From Elsinoe ampelina (lineage: Eukaryota): 64,000 bases of DNA. The position numbers and the translations under genes are program-made. The notes below the pieces were generated by a model. The model ran no database searches and had not been told where the DNA came from. It saw nothing but the letters and a program-made list of their open reading frames with translations. The stretch is from positions 454,227 through 518,226 of the forward strand of contig ML992501.1 of assembly GCA_010093995.1 (NCBI GenBank), read 5' to 3'. Positions 1-15,100 of this stretch are shown here, piece by piece. Every line of letters starts with the position of its first letter. Position 1 is the first letter of the stretch.

Positions 1-3000
1 AATCGTGTCTAGATCGATATTAAATTTGCTATAATCTAGATTATAAAGGTTATTAAAGTAGATACTATTCTATATCTAACATTAAGAAAGAATATCTATA
101 TCTACGACTTAAGAAAGCCTAGTACTAGCAAGGACAAGAATTATTATATTAATTACTACATTAGTAAGCTTAGGTAGATCCTTAACATTAGAGGTAATTA
201 CCTCTAACTCTACTAGCTTGACGTATATAACTCTATATAAGTCTTTACTATTAAAGACTCTTTTAATCTAGACGCTACTATTACTAAGCATGTTATAACT
301 CTTATCTCTAGTGCCTATAAGATCTTTCTCTATCTTACTCCTTCTATAGTATCTATTAAAGATCTTCTTAACTTTATATAAAGTAAGTTTACCTCTTTCT
401 TATTTATCTATATATACTAATACTTATAGACAACTCTTATTAATATTATAGTAGCTAGTAACTATTTTCTATAGCCGAGGCTACTATAGAAGAGGACTTA
501 GAAGTGTTTCTTACTCCTAAGAAGCTTCGCTTTATAGACATTAATACTAATAAGAAGTATAAAGGAGATTAGTAGAAAGAGAATATTATAATATAGAACA
601 TTTAATACCTATAATAGCGACTAAACTACTAAAGGCAAGAGTAGTAATACTACTATATTTTATTTACTATTATATTATTTATAAAACTATTTAGTTCTTA
701 ACTAATAAAGTTTTATTTAGCTTATTCTACCTTTAAGAGGCTATAGCCTCTATAAATCCTACGATTTCTATTATTATTATTAGAAGTAAACTTGCTTAAT
801 AGTCCTATAACTATAGCTAGACGGATTTTAACTAACCTAGCGACTTAGTTTAGAGTATAGTTTTACTTTATATAGTTTTAGGAGAATGTAGCTCCTTCTC
901 TCCTACTAGAAGAACATAGCCTATTTAGACTATAGTATATACTACCGAGGCGCTATCTATATTTCTACTACTTTAATAGCTTAAAGAATATTATATAAGC
1001 TACTATACACCTAAGGCTAGCTATCTATCTAGATAAATATAATCTCTCGGAGCTCTCTAATATCTCTCCTAAGTTCTACTTTATTACTAGTAACTTTCTA
1101 TAGCTTACCTAGCACGCTATAATATATTAGAGCAAAGAGAGTAAGTCTAAGAAAATAACAACTTACTTCTACTAATATAAGATTAATATCGGCATTAAAA
1201 AAGTAATATATTCTTAATATTATTAACAATAGAAACAAAGTAATACTACTATAGATATAATAGACTAGGGCGTTTAATAATAAGTAAAATAAGTTAGTAG
1301 AATAGAATCTTATTCCCTATTATAGTAGAAGTAATAGTATAAGTTTTAGTTCTATACTAAACTTAGAGTTAACTAAATTAAATAAGAATAGTATAGTACT
1401 ATAAAGAAGCGTATAGGCATTACTACTAATATAGTTATTTGGCTTTACTCTTATATACTAGCGAGGTTTATACGTAGTATACTTAGAAGTTAATAAAGAA
1501 TTCCTACTAACTATTATTAGTTCTAGCTACTACCTCCTAATAAATAGTAGAGACGCTTTAGGTTAGGTTACGCCTCCTAACTAAGTATAAACTTAAGTTA
1601 GTTTAGTTAGTCTAAAACTAGAGACAAACTTATTTTATATTAGGGTAGATAAGTCCTTTAAGGGAATACTATAACGCCTAGCTATCTTATACCCCTCCTT
1701 GTTAAGTAATTACTACTCGGCATTAGCATAGCTCTACTAACTATATATATAGGTTTAGTATTAAGCTTAATATTTAATATAAGGTTAATTACACTAAGAG
1801 AAAGGAATTAGATATCTACTACTTAACGAAGGTAGCTTTAATATAGTAGAGCTAGTCTCTATCTATAGGCAGTAAAGACGTATCTATTATAAAGAATAAG
1901 AGAGGATAAACTAGACACAATTTAACTCGATATTACTATATAATATAATAAGAGATAGCTCTCTACCTATATAAAGGTAATATAAGAATAGTTAAAGCCT
2001 ATTATAGCCTCCTTTTCGTAAATATAATAGTCACTTCTTATTTCTAGTTCGAAATCTTCGTATTAGTCTCTATATAGATAGCTAGACTTCTATTTATTCC
2101 TCTTAATATATATCTTAACCTAATTATAAAACATCTAGTAGCTATATCTACTTTTATATCTTATTAGGTTCGAGATATTCCTAACTAGAACTCTAAAGTT
2201 TTAATTAAGAATAGATATCTTATTTCTTTAGTAGCACTATATATATAAATTACTTTACGTATAGGGGAGTATACCTTAACTACGATTATAGAGACGCTAT
2301 ATAGGAGAGAGTAGCACGGAATAATATTTATATTTAACAAGTAAAAGAAACCTAGAGGTAATTATACTAGATATTGTTACAAGCTTACTTTATTTACTCC
2401 GCTACCTTACTAGTATAGGAAGAGTAATAACATTAACTAATATTATAGTAGGAGCTATAGACACTCCTTAGACTTTGTACCTTAAGCTAAAGCAGTAGAT
2501 AAGTATATAGCTAGCGCTATACTAGATTAGGAATATAGAGCCTTCGTGTTATTATTCTTAAGATTATAGAATAGAAAGCTTATAGTTAGAAGACTAAGAG
2601 GCAGTAAGGGATTATTCGTATATATAACTCTATAGCGCTAGCGGTAGCTATAGTAGTTAGTTCGACTTAGTTAGTCTAGTTTAGTCGTCACTAATAAGAG
2701 AGCTATATCTATAATAACTTAAGAGAATTCTAAATAGCTAAGCTATTAGAATCGGTAAGAGCACTAAAGTTGTTATTGTTAATTATAGAGAGAAGTCTAT
2801 AGTAAGCTACGTAGGCATTATTAGAGTAGCTATATTAAAGTAAACTTACTTCGAGAAGGCTACGCTAGTTAGTTCGTAACTAGGAATAGTATATAGTTCT
2901 ATAATAAGTAAAGTACTAGTGCTTCTACCTTAATAGTATAACTTTGCTTAATACAAAGTTAGTATATAGATCTAATTATTATAGTAAGCTTCCGATAGTG

Positions 3001-3660
3001 CCTTAGAGAATATAACATTCGCTAGTATAGATATAATAATAGCGTTTATACTTAAGCCGACTATACTATTCTATCGGCTAAAGAAGTAAGTTAACTATAG
3101 CTATAATACACCGACGATAATATAGAAGGTTATATAAGACAATATAGCAAAGTAAACAAACTAAAAGTATAGTTGTTTAAACTAATAGAGGAGTAATAGT
3201 AAATTATTAGTTTATCCTTATTAAGATTAGTTAAGGGAACGCCTATAATTTTTACCTAAAAAGTACTAGTTTTAGTTTAGTAAACTAATTAACTACCCCT
3301 AATAGATTAACTATAGGCATAAACGACCTAACGTTATATAGCTAAAGTATCTTTATATACTACTATTGCTATTTTTTATAGAGGCTATTTATAACTAACT
3401 TATTATAATACTAGCGACAAGTTAAGATATAAGATAGCAAGAGCTATAAATCGTTTACTAGCTAAAATTATTATACCTACGCGGTACTCTCTATTTTATA
3501 ATTACTATAAAAGCCTCTACTAAGGATAATAGCGTAATAATAGCTAATTAAGTATAGTATTTAACATTGTCCTTAAGTAAGAGACAGCTAATAAACTCTA
3601 TTACCTAGATATATTAGAGTAAACTCTATCTTAATATATCTAGTACTATAGCGTAGATAC
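1..3660. pseudogene. RIP-destroyed intron-containing genes of unknown function (one + strand fragment, at least two - strand fragments)
   Basis: Fungal intron signatures survive: + strand GTAAGT(383)...ACTAAT...TAG(429); - strand donor/branch/acceptor sets at 1166-1117 and ~2849-2807. No family motif recognised. Confidence 0.45.
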
Positions 3661-3786
3661 AATTTTAGCTTTAGTTTATTAACGCTATATAATAGCTTAG
3701 TTCTATTAGCTCTACTACGAATTATAGTAAATAAGAACTAAACTAAGTAACGAGGTAGAAATAATAGCCTATAGCTAGTATAGAGT

Positions 3787-3978
3787 TAATTACGACTAGT
3801 AAGACAAGAGGTTAATTACGTCTATTTATTAAGATATCGAGACTTAGAAGAAGAAGAAGAAAAGCTAGTATACAAAGCACGCGTAATATCGAGAGCGAAG
3901 CGGCCGGAAGCCTAGGCTACGATGCCGAGATTACGTAATTAATCTAAACTGTATCTAGTTCGTATTTATCTCGTATTA
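3787..3978 (-). repeat. 3' LTR of element A
   Basis: TAATTACGACTAGT...TCGTATTA (RIPed TG...CA), matches 16833-17024 with transition differences. Confidence 0.95.
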
Positions 3979-3999
3979 CTACTCTCTCTCTTAAGTATA

Positions 4000-6900
4000 T
4001 TTACCCTTAAACGCTATTATACATTATTTATTAATCTATTTCGGCCTTAGCTTATCCGTATAAGAGTCTAGATAGTTACGTAGTACGTCGGCTACTCCTT
4101 TAAGATTGTTAATTAGCTACTAGGTAAGATTCTCCGGATAGCTCTTCTAGCTTATATAAGTAACTAACTTCCCTTATAGTAAGCGTATATTAATTACATT
4201 GTCTACTTTATACTTCTCTTTACTATCGACCTCTATCGGAGGTAGTTCTTTAAAGGCTTAGCCTAGTAAGAGGTTATTTAGATGTTTAGTAAGTAGGTCG
4301 GCGTAAAACACTAGGTAAATTCTTTATAGAGAGGCTAGCAAATCGAGCTTATATACTAGCGGTAATTGTTTCTTAAGGATCTTATAGGGACCTATATGCT
4401 TTAGTAGTAGCTTTAGATTGCCCTATAGCCGGAGGTTCTTCGTTAATAACTACACTAAATCGCTAGCTTTGAACTCTATTAGCTAGCGGTGTTTATTAGC
4501 TTATTCTACTATTCGTAACTAAGCAATAGCAAGGTTAGCTTTAGTAATAGCTAGTGCTTCTTCTAGTTGCTTAGCAAGTGCGCAGATGTCGACCTTATTT
4601 AGCTTAGCTCTTGTTAACGGTGCGTTAGAAGGAGGCTAGAAGCTTAGCCTTAGCTTGTATTCTCTAGTGACTTTAAATAGCGACAGTTTAGTACTCTCTA
4701 ATAGGTTAACGTTAGCGGAGAATTCTGCGACTAGTAGAATAAGTGTCTAATTACTAAAGCGTATAGCGTACGAACGGATAACTCGCTCGAACTTGCGATT
4801 TATGACCTCTAATTAGCTATCTATTTATAGATGCCCTATAGTAGACAGTTTAGTAGTAATCTTTAGGATTTAGTAGAGCCTTTTCTACACGTCGCTAACG
4901 AACTAAGAGCTATAATCCGAGGTGATACTATCCGGTAGACTATATAGTTTCTACATGTAGAAGAATAATAGCTTAGTAGTCTCGAACGCTAAAGTGCTAC
5001 CTTCTCTAGCGAAGTATAGAATTAAGTGCCGTTCCTTAGATAGATAGTCGACGACATAGAGTACTACATTGTAACTATCTACTAAGGGTAGACTAGTAAC
5101 AAAGTCTATAGTAATGTATTACTATAGTCTTACCGGAATAGGCAATAGCGATAGAAGGCCGGCTAGCAAGCTATAGTAAGCCTTTAAGCGCTTATAGTTA
5201 TAACAGTTAGCGACGAATCTCTTAACGTTAGGATTGTACCTAGGGATATAGAAAGTAGACTTAATTATAGTAGCTGTCTTAGTAGCTCCTCCGTGTGCGT
5301 AATTCTTCGATATATAGACTCCTTAGATAACTTTTGCAGCTATAGAGAAAGGCACGATTAATCGGCTAGTAGCGTATAGTATCTCCTTCTCGATTGTAAC
5401 ATCGGTCGACAGCAGCTATTTCCTCTTTAGGAAGGCCCCTATTATACAGTAGATGCCGCGAACTATTTCGAAGTCGAGGTCTTATAAGTTGGCTTTAGCT
5501 ACTTCGTCGAATAATAGTGAAGTTTGCTCTCCTAAGGTCGAAATAGGTGCTATATAGGTGCCTAGCTTACGAGCCGAAATAGGCGGCGAAATAGGTAGTA
5601 AAACAGGTAACGAACTAGACGGCGAACTAGTTCGCGAACTAGATACTAAAGTAGATCTTAGTTCGGCTTAGATTAGTAATCCAGTTCGGATGCGACCTAG
5701 ATTTAGTTCGTCGATAATGCGCTAATCTAGCACCTTATATAGTAGTAGCGTCTAGCGTAGATTAGAGTCTTCTTTCGAACGTAGTACGTCTCTATTCCTC
5801 CTCGTAAGTACGTCGGCCTTACCGTTAGCGGCGCTAGGCCTATATATAATCTTAAAGTTAAACTACGCGAGGTAGAGAGCCTAGCGCGCTTAGCGGCGCA
5901 ATAGCTTCTAAGTCTTTATAAAGTGTATTAAGGATTAGTAGTTAGTAAGAACGTAGATAGCTTTATCGGATTAAGTGCTTATAAGCTCGAGAGCCTACTC
6001 CTCGAAGGCTTAGACGATAGCTAATAGTTCCTTGTCGTAGATAGTATAGTTACGTTCGGCTTTACTTATAGATTTACTAAAGAAGGTAACAGGCCGGAGA
6101 ACGTTAGACTCGTTATATTATAATAGAATCCTAGTAGTAGTTGTGTCGGAGGCATCGGTCTCGATAACTACTTACTTCGAGCGATCGAAGTACGCTAAGA
6201 TAGAGACACTTATAATAGTATACTTTATATAGTTAAACGCGGTAGTACACTTATTATTCTATAGCGTAGTGTCCTTCTTAAGTAGGTTATTTAACAGCTT
6301 AGCGATAGTGCTAAATCCCTTAATAAAGCAGCAATAGTAGCTATAGAAACTAATAAAGCTTCTTACCTAAGTAGTATTACTAGAGGCTAGTTGTTTCTAG
6401 GCTTGTATAGCTTCGACCTTCTTTAGATCTATCTTAACTCTATCTCGACTAATAATAATACTAAGATACTTTACTTCTGTTAGGTAGAACTTACTCTTCT
6501 TAATGTTAGCGTTTAGGCCTAATTTATAGAGCTATTAGAGTACTAGCTTAATATGCTTAGCGTGCTCTTAGCAAGAGCTATCGATGTAAATAAGAATATT
6601 ATCGAGGTAGATTAATATAAAGCGCTCTAGCATGTCGACAAAGTTATAATTTATAAACCTCTACTACACTATAGAGGCGTTAGTAAGGCCGAATAGTATT
6701 ACTAGCTACTTAAAGTTACCTATGTGTATAGAGAACATAGTAAGGTCTTCGCTATTAATAGAGTTATAGAGGTAGTAGAAGGCTTAGTAGATGTTAATCT
6801 TGCTAAACTATTTAGCTTTACTTACGCGCGTAAGTGTCTCTTTAATAAGGGGTAGTAGGTAGACGTCTCGTTTAGTTACCTTATTAAGGCCGTAGTAGTC

Positions 6901-8130
6901 GACGTAGAGATAGAGTCTTCTACCTAGCTTGCGAATAAAGAGAATAGGCAAGAAATAGCTAGCTAAGCTTAGCGTAATAAAACCCTTATTAAGGTACTTA
7001 TAGATAAATAGCTCTACTATATTAAGCTTCTCTAGTGACAGGCAGCGAAGGGGTTTAGTGCGCGGCAGTTTAGCGCCGTCTTTAAGTGTAATACAGTTAT
7101 CAAAATCTAGCTAATGCTAAGGGAGCGTATTAGATTATTCTTTAGAGAAGATATTAGTAAACTCTCGTAGTTCCTTAGGTAGGACTACTATAGGGTCTAG
7201 CTCTAGTTTAGAGGCTAGCTAGCAGTAATCCTTAATGTCCTTTACTAAGATAGTAAAAACCTTATTCTCTTAGTATTTAGCTACCGATATAAAGGCAGTA
7301 GCGCCGATAAAAGTAATAGTCGGTCCTTCTTATTTAGCGTTACTTACGTAGGTAAGTACGTAGAAGAACTTATATATTAACTAAGTGCTATAGGAGATTA
7401 GCTTAAACTCTCCCTAATTTAGCTTAAAGTTCGACCTAAGAGCTAGTAGCTAATATAGTCTAGTTCGTCCTAACTTAGTAGCTAAGCTAGAACTTAGTTT
7501 ACAAGTTAGACTAGAACCGAACTAGTCCTAAACTAGAGTAGTAGCTTTACCGAGCTAGATTTCTAGATCTAAGCCGGGCTTAGATCTAGATTCTAGCCTT
7601 TTAATTAGCTACGGCAGCTTCTACTTAACAACCGTTAGTAAAAACTCTTCTTTGTATATGACTCGGCTATGCTTATAGTCGATAGTAGCCCTATTAGCCT
7701 TAAGCTATCCGAGGCTAAGGATAATATCGAATCGGCCGATATCTATAATATAGAAGGTAGTAAGGTTATTTAGCTTGCTAGAAATAGTAGTAGTAAGAGG
7801 GACGCTATAAGTGACTTGTTCTATTAGGACACTATTATAAGCCTAAAGCTAAATAGAGCTAGCTAGTACTACGGGGCAGCTAAAGCTCTTTAGCTTGTCG
7901 AGAACGTTATAATTAACTACGGCGCTAATAAGCGCGCTAGTGTTAATAAAGGCTTAAAGTGTAATAGTGCGCGAGCAGTTATAAGGGTCGTAAATAGTAA
8001 TAGGAGTTATAATAGCAGGGATATAGTAGCTAACAATGCTATTTAATAACTATATACCTCCGGATCTATCTTAAATTACTCTTGTTCTACTAGAGAATAG
8101 GACTTATCCTCCGGCTACTCGTTTCTCTAG
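4000..8130 (-). pseudogene. pol of element A (protease, RT, RNase H, integrase, chromodomain)
   Basis: De-RIPed minus-strand motifs: IYLD(N/D)ILIY ~6612-6586, ETDASD ~6165-6147, DFVTGLP ~5106-5086, GPYKIL ~4392, chromodomain EEYEVDNVI..SWKSYPENLTW ~4220-4120. Ends approximate. Confidence 0.9.
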
Positions 8131-9480
8131 CCGGATAGGTCGGTAGACTTATAATCTATTTCGGGGTCGAACTAAGGCTAAACTAGATCTAGTTCGTAAG
8201 CCGAACTAGTATCGACTTAGTTACTTAATTCGGCTAAGCGTTCCTAGAGCTATTATATCTCTTCTACGGCGCTAATACGTATAGGGCATATAGTAGCGTA
8301 AGTAGCCTTCTCTAAGGCGCTAGCTATATACTTAGTAGAGATATAGCTAGGCTTACTACATGCGTAACAGGTAAGTGCCTAAGTTAGACAGAAGAGCTAT
8401 AGGGCTCCTCTAGTAATAGAGTAGAAGGTAGCTAGAGTAGTAGGTATAGAGGTAGAATAAGGTACGCGAATTAGTGCCGTAGTAGTATAGCTTATAACCG
8501 GCCTAGTATATAGGGCTTAAGTACGCTTAGTAATAAGGTTGCTCTACTAAATGTTATAGTCGGTAGTATAAGCCTTTATAATAAAGATAGAGAGGTCGTT
8601 AGTATCGAAGTTAATAAGAGCAATACGTAGCTTGTTAGATATCTTCTAGCGTAGCTAGTAGAGCTATTTATCCTTAGCAATCTTAGTGTAGAGGGCGTAC
8701 TTGTTAAATTCGCTAATAAAGGAGTCGAAAGAGGCGTTATACTAGAAGAGGCTAGCGAACTAAGCGCGCGTAGTAGCCTTACAGTTTAGATCCTCGAAGC
8801 GCTAGGCTAAGAGGCTAAGAGTAGCTTTAGCGTTAAGAGTGTCGTTACCGGCGGAGTCTATAATAAGAGTATATACTTCGCTAGAGAGATGCGAATAGAG
8901 ATAGGTAAACTAAGTAGCCTCGGTAGAGAAATAGTTAGCGTTAGCGCGTATCTTATTCTTTATCTAGTGCTTAAAAACCTTAAACTGTTCTAGAGTTGCC
9001 GCTAGAGAAGATAGTAGAGTCTAGTATCTTCTCTAACAATATAACGCTACGTGTAGAAGAGGCTAGTATAGCGCGTCCTATCTTAGCTCTTAGCTAGGCT
9101 AGTTCGGTTTTAAGTTTGCTAATATTAGCAAGGTAGCGCGCGGCCTAGGTAGTAAGATTGTTAGCGGTACTATTAGCTATATCTAGTTTAATAAGGACGT
9201 TATCTAACTAGTTATATAGGTTAAGAGTATCGGTATATACTAAGTTATATACGGTAACCTATTTGTTATAGGTAGACTCGACGAAGGCAAAGGCCTTATA
9301 TAGAGTAGTTATACCGTCTATCTCTTATAGCCTCTTCTTAAGGTTAGTGTCGCTAAGGCGAATAAGGTCGTAATAGGCTAATTAGACCGGTTTATTATTA
9401 TTGTTAGCGGAGAGTAGAGGAATCTTACTTACGTAGCGATTGTCTTTGCTATAGTTAGAACGAGCTATACTTAGCGTAGT
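8115..9480 (-). pseudogene. gag of element A
   Basis: Zinc knuckle C-Y-A-C-(G)-K-P-(G)-(H)-I-S-T-K-(C) at ~8369-8328; lies upstream of pol. Start approximate. Confidence 0.8.
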
Positions 9481-9623
9481 TAGTCGTAAATAAATAGTGT
9501 AAAAAGTCAACGCGTAACAAAGGGAATATTAAAAATTTTAGCCGGCAGCCTACTTCCTTTAAGAGTTATCTATAACTCGACTTATTACTCTCTTCTTATA
9601 TCTTTAGGGTTCGTAGTATTAAC

Positions 9624-10087
9624 TGTTATAAACTAGTAGGACAAGCTAGAGCGTAGGAACGTTAGGACTAATTAAACTACTAAGGTTATTACGTAATCTA
9701 GCCTAACGTTTACCTAGTTCTCTATCTTCTCTAGCAGCTCTACCCTAGAGACTATAGAGCGCGTAGGTTACTAGCGGATATGTACTTTGTCTTCTCTAGC
9801 GGCTCTACCACGGAGTATATAGAGTATATAAGGTATATAGTAAAGAATATATATATATAGGAATAGTCCTTACCTTATATAAGTACTATAGTTAACCTCG
9901 TCTAGATAGCGAACACTAGTATTACTAAGGCTAGCCTTTATAATACTATCTAATTATACTTTATTATCTATAAGACATACCTTCTCTAACTCTTACCTTA
10001 GTACTATACTACTATAGAAGTAGAACTACCTCGTTCTTAGCTTAGCTTAGACTACTAACGTAAGCTATATTTAGACAGTTCGTGACA
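9624..10087 (+). repeat. 5' LTR of element B
   Basis: TG...CA termini; near-identical to 16183-16646; internal duplicated TCTTCTCTAGC(A/G)GCTCTACC; TATATAAG at ~9876. Confidence 0.95.
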
Positions 10088-10203
10088 TTTTAACTACCCT
10101 TACTATAGTATAGCACGCTACGAGGTTAATAAGTAACTCTTGCTCTAAGTTACTATTAGCATCTTCGATTACTAGTAAGCTAGGAAAGCTTACTATTAAC
10201 GAC

Positions 10204-12192
10204 ATATCTACTACTAGTTTAACCTCGGGCAAGTATAGAAGGTCTCTTAGTATAAGAGAGAGACGGAGTAGGCCTAAGTTAGAGGTAGAACTCTTCTATA
10301 GGGACCGCGCCTACTTAAGGCGCTTCCTTATTTAACTTAAAGCCTTCTTTGCTCTAGAGAGAGATAAGTACGCTAACGACGTAGCAAAGGTCCTCTATAC
10401 CGGGATACACCTTAAAGGCGCCGCCTTTAGGTAGTTCGAGCCTTATATAAGTAGCTACCTAGATAGATAACTAGGCCTAGATATAAAGGCTATCTTTAAG
10501 AGCTTTAGCATCTTCTAGGCAAAGATTAAGCAAGTCTTTAATGTATCTAATAAGGAACGCGTCGCTATAACAAAGATCTAACAACTATAACAACGTAGGT
10601 CTATAGCCTAGTACTACTCCTAGTTCTAATAACTTGTAATATACCTAGACTAGGATAATAGTGCTAAACATTTAGTATTCTACTAAGGACTAAGCAACTT
10701 AGTTAAGAACTAAATAATACCTAAGCCGCCTAATAGCCTCTAAGAACTAGTAGATACTATAATTACTATTAATAACTAACTTTATAAACGACGTATAGAA
10801 CGTTATAGAGGATATAAGGTAAACACTAGATACACGCGTTCCTCTCGAAACTATAGAGACTCTATAGAACTTAACGCTATACGTAAAGGTTGCCTCTTAT
10901 AAGTATAAGGCTAAAGTTGTAAAGGAAAGTTCCTTAGTAGAAAAGAGAGAGAGAAGTATAGACGAGACAATCTATATTTTAAGTGTAAAAGACCTAGGTA
11001 TCGAGCTAGGGACTACTAATAAGGGGCGCTAGCCGATAGATTATATATAATAGTTGCCGGGCTAGTAGAGAAAAAGGCTAACACTACTATAGAAGACTTA
11101 ATAACCTTTAGCGTAGGTAAGGAAATATAGAAGAAGTCTATAACGACTTAAGAGGTAATAGAATTCTCTCTAGATATTATACTTAATATCTCTACGACTA
11201 ATAGCGAATAATAAAGCTAATACGTAACGCTATTATAGATAGTATATTATAATAACTCTTGTTATATTTACTTGTTAGACAAGTAGGGATCTAGTTAGTT
11301 TCTATATAAGCTATCTAAGTATAGGCAACTAACGAAATAGCTAGACTAGGAACCTAACCTAGAAGAGCTCTCTATAATTAGTAGTAACATTAACTAACCT
11401 TAGAAGGTAGTTAGCGACAATTACTAATATACAATTATTAAGATAAAGTATTAGGACGCGAGTATTATATAACAACATAGTAGTCTTACCTTTAGCTCTT
11501 ATAGTAAACTATAAGGAAAGGTATATTATATGTCGCTCTAGAAATGCACAAATCTAGATTATAAACAGTACTATACTATTTACTTACACGATGTACTTAG
11601 AGAAGAAGCTATTAGTCTTAAATATACTATAGACTTCTTAGTAATTAAAATAGGTAGTACTATTCCCTATAGCTAAGTACGGGAATATACTTAGTATAGC
11701 CTTACTAACTATAACTATGCTAGGGGTAGTAGCGACGAAGAGAAATACAACAAAGAATACACTAAATAACTATAATATAATAACATAGATAAAGACTTAT
11801 CTAACAATAAAGACAATAATATACTACTACTAGGCGGACGACTTAAGGCATACCTTATAGGGATATAGAGAAACTATATAATAATATACACCTACTACTA
11901 GAATAGAATATAATAAGATAAATCTACTTAACTTGCGTTTGTCTTTAACGCTAATACCTAGCTACACCCGGAGGGAATAGTTATACTAGTATAGGTATAT
12001 AACACTACTCGGTGTAACTAGTAGAGAATTATTAGACTTTATAGTTATTAAGGAACGTAAGTACCGGAAGTTTACCTCGCTATATTAAACAACGACAAAA
12101 CACAACTTACCTAATAGATATAGTACTAATAGTAGATACATATAGGAAGGGATTAGCTACTTATCTAAGGAGCTATAATAACAAAAAACTAG
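10204..12192 (+). pseudogene. long gag ORF of element B
   Basis: One frame from RIPed ATG (ATA, 10204) through zinc knuckle (C)FKCxRP(G)(H)RARD(C) at 10975-11016 to AAA AAC TAG at 12184-12192; AAAAAAC slippery site at 12183-12189. Confidence 0.85.
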
Positions 12193-15100
12193 CTAGTTAT
12201 CGCCTAATAAGGTAAGACAATAATACTAGCTAAAGCCTTAATATAATAAAGATCTACACGTTAAATTACTTTATACTAGAAGCCTAGATATAAGAAAATA
12301 AGGTAAGAGCAATAATAGATTTAGGAGCTAACTATAGCTACGTCTCTATAATAGTTACTAAATAGCTTAAACCTTATTAACATTAGAAGGAGTTACCTTA
12401 CCTACTTACTATAGCGAATAGAACCCCTATAGGGAAGAATAGAAAAGTTACTTAGGAACTATAAAATGTTATAATTAAAATCGAGACATATATAGAAAAA
12501 CGATTAATCGATATAGTTAACATGTAGTATAATATAGTACTTAGCATAGACTAGCTTTAATAACATAATCTAGACGTAGACTAGATTAAAGAAACACTTA
12601 AATTCTCTAAGTGTAATTATAGAATGTAGAAAGTATAATTAGCTCCGCGGATACTAACTATAAGAATAGTATAGGTACGACTAATAGTTAGAGCTATCGC
12701 TAGCGTAAGTGATTAAGTACTTCCGCTAGAATATAAAGACTTTAAGGACTTATTTATAGAAAGGGAAGGCATTATAGCCTTACTCTAATATAAACTATAG
12801 AATTACAAAATACCTTTTAAAGAAGGTAAATCCCCGATACACTATTAAGGTCTAATACTACTATCGAAACAAGAAGAGAATATTCTTAAGAACTACATCG
12901 ACAAGTACTTACTTAAAGGATTTATACGACTATTAAAATTACCTATTACACACGGAGTGCTTTTCGTACCTAAGAAGGATAGAACGTTATAAATATATAT
13001 TAATTACTAGAAACTTAATATACTTACCCGGAAGAATTGCTATCCTCTACCTAGGATCGACAAACTCTAAGACTAACTACTTAGAGCTAAATAGTTCACC
13101 GTAATTAACATTAGGGACGCCTATTATCGAGTATAAATAAAGGAGAGCAAGGAGTAAAAAACAGCTTTTAAGATATAATAGAGTCTATATAAATACCTCG
13201 TTATGCCCTTTAGGTTAACTAACGCTCCTATAACCTTCTAAGAGTTAATTAATAACACTCTATAAGAATACCTTAATAACTTTATCTTAGTATATTTAGA
13301 CAATATTATTATTTTCTTAAAGACGTATAACAAACATATAGAACATATTTATAAAGTACTATAGAAACTAAAAGAGAAAGACCTACTAGTAAAACTCTCT
13401 AAGTGTAAGTTCTATAAGTATAAGATATAATTTCTAAGCTATGTTATATCTACTAATAGTATTAGACCCGATCCGAAGAAGATTAAGTTAGTAAACAACT
13501 AGCCGGAACCTACGATAGTTAAGGAGGTTTAAGCGCTACTAGGGTTCTTTAACTACTACTATAAGTTTGTTAAAGAATTCTTTAAGGTAGCTATACTAAT
13601 ATCTAACCTTACGAAAAAGGAAACTAGCTTTGTCTTTAATAAGAGATATAGGTAGGCCTTTAAGGAGCTAAAGCTTAGACTTATAATAGTACCTATCCTA
13701 GCACTCTTCGACCTAGACTAATAAGTACTACTAGAAATAGATGCCTCGGACTTTGCGATAGAAGCGTATCTAGCGTAGAAAGACGTATAGGGACGACGCT
13801 ACCTAATTATATACTACTTACGAAAAATGACTAGGCCTAAACTTAACTACGACATATACGACAAAGAATTACTTACGATTATAGAAGTATTCTACGAATA
13901 GCGTGTATACCTAGAAGGAATAACCTTACCTATGTAAGTCTATACCGACTATAAGAACCTATTATATTAGACAATAACTAAGGTTCTTAATAGACAACAG
14001 GTTCGATAGTTAGAAACACTTATAAGCTATAACTTTTAGATCTACTATGTTAAGGGATTAGAGAACGGCGGAGTAGACGCTCTTAGCTAATAACTAGACT
14101 ACTTAAAGAATATAACAATAATAGAGGCCTCTATACTAAAGTAGTAAGACAGCGCTTTAGTCTATAAGCACCCGAAGGTAAAGCAATTATATAGCCTTAC
14201 CTAGGAGCTTATATAAGAACAGAAAAAAGAAGTTATTTAAATATACTATAATAACCTAACTACGGGACATAGTAGGATCGATAAGACTATTAAACTTATT
14301 ACATAAAACTACCTATAGAAAGGACTCCGAAACAATATTAAGATATATATCGCTATATACGATATATGCTATAAGTCTAAGCACTTACAATATAAGCTAT
14401 ATAGCCTACTATAACTCTTACTACCACTAGATAAGCTATAGTAATTAGTTATAATAGACTTTATAGGACCTCTACTGCTATTAGAAGAACCTCTTATAGG
14501 TGTAAAGTACAATAGTATTCTAGTTCTAGTAGATAGGTTTATAAAGTATTACTACTTTGTACTATATAAGACAATAGTAACTACCGAGGATATAGCCTTT
14601 GTCTTTCTCCGAATAATCGTTTTATAACATAGAGTACTACGAGACTTAATAACTAACAGAGATAAGCTATTTACGTTATAATTCTAGCAATTATTTATAG
14701 ACCTACTAGGAGTTAAATATAAGCTATTAACCTTCTTTTATCTATAAACGGATAGACAAACCAAATAGGTAAATTAAGTACTAGAGTAGTACCTGCGATA
14801 CTACCTAAACTATAAGTAAGACTTATAGGCAACGCTATTACTACTCGCGGAGCTCGCTATTAATAATAGAAAGTCCGTAAATAGAGTTTTACTATTCTAC
14901 GTAAACTATAGGATACACTCGGATCTATACTATAACACACTTAGAATTAAGCTAGTATCTAAGGATACTAATATACTAGTTACTAACATTAAGAAACTAC
15001 ACGACTAGCTATACTATAATATAGTATTTATATTATAAAGAATAGTAGAATTTGCTAACTAGAAGAGAATTGTAGGACTAATTCTAAAGGAGAGAGAGAA

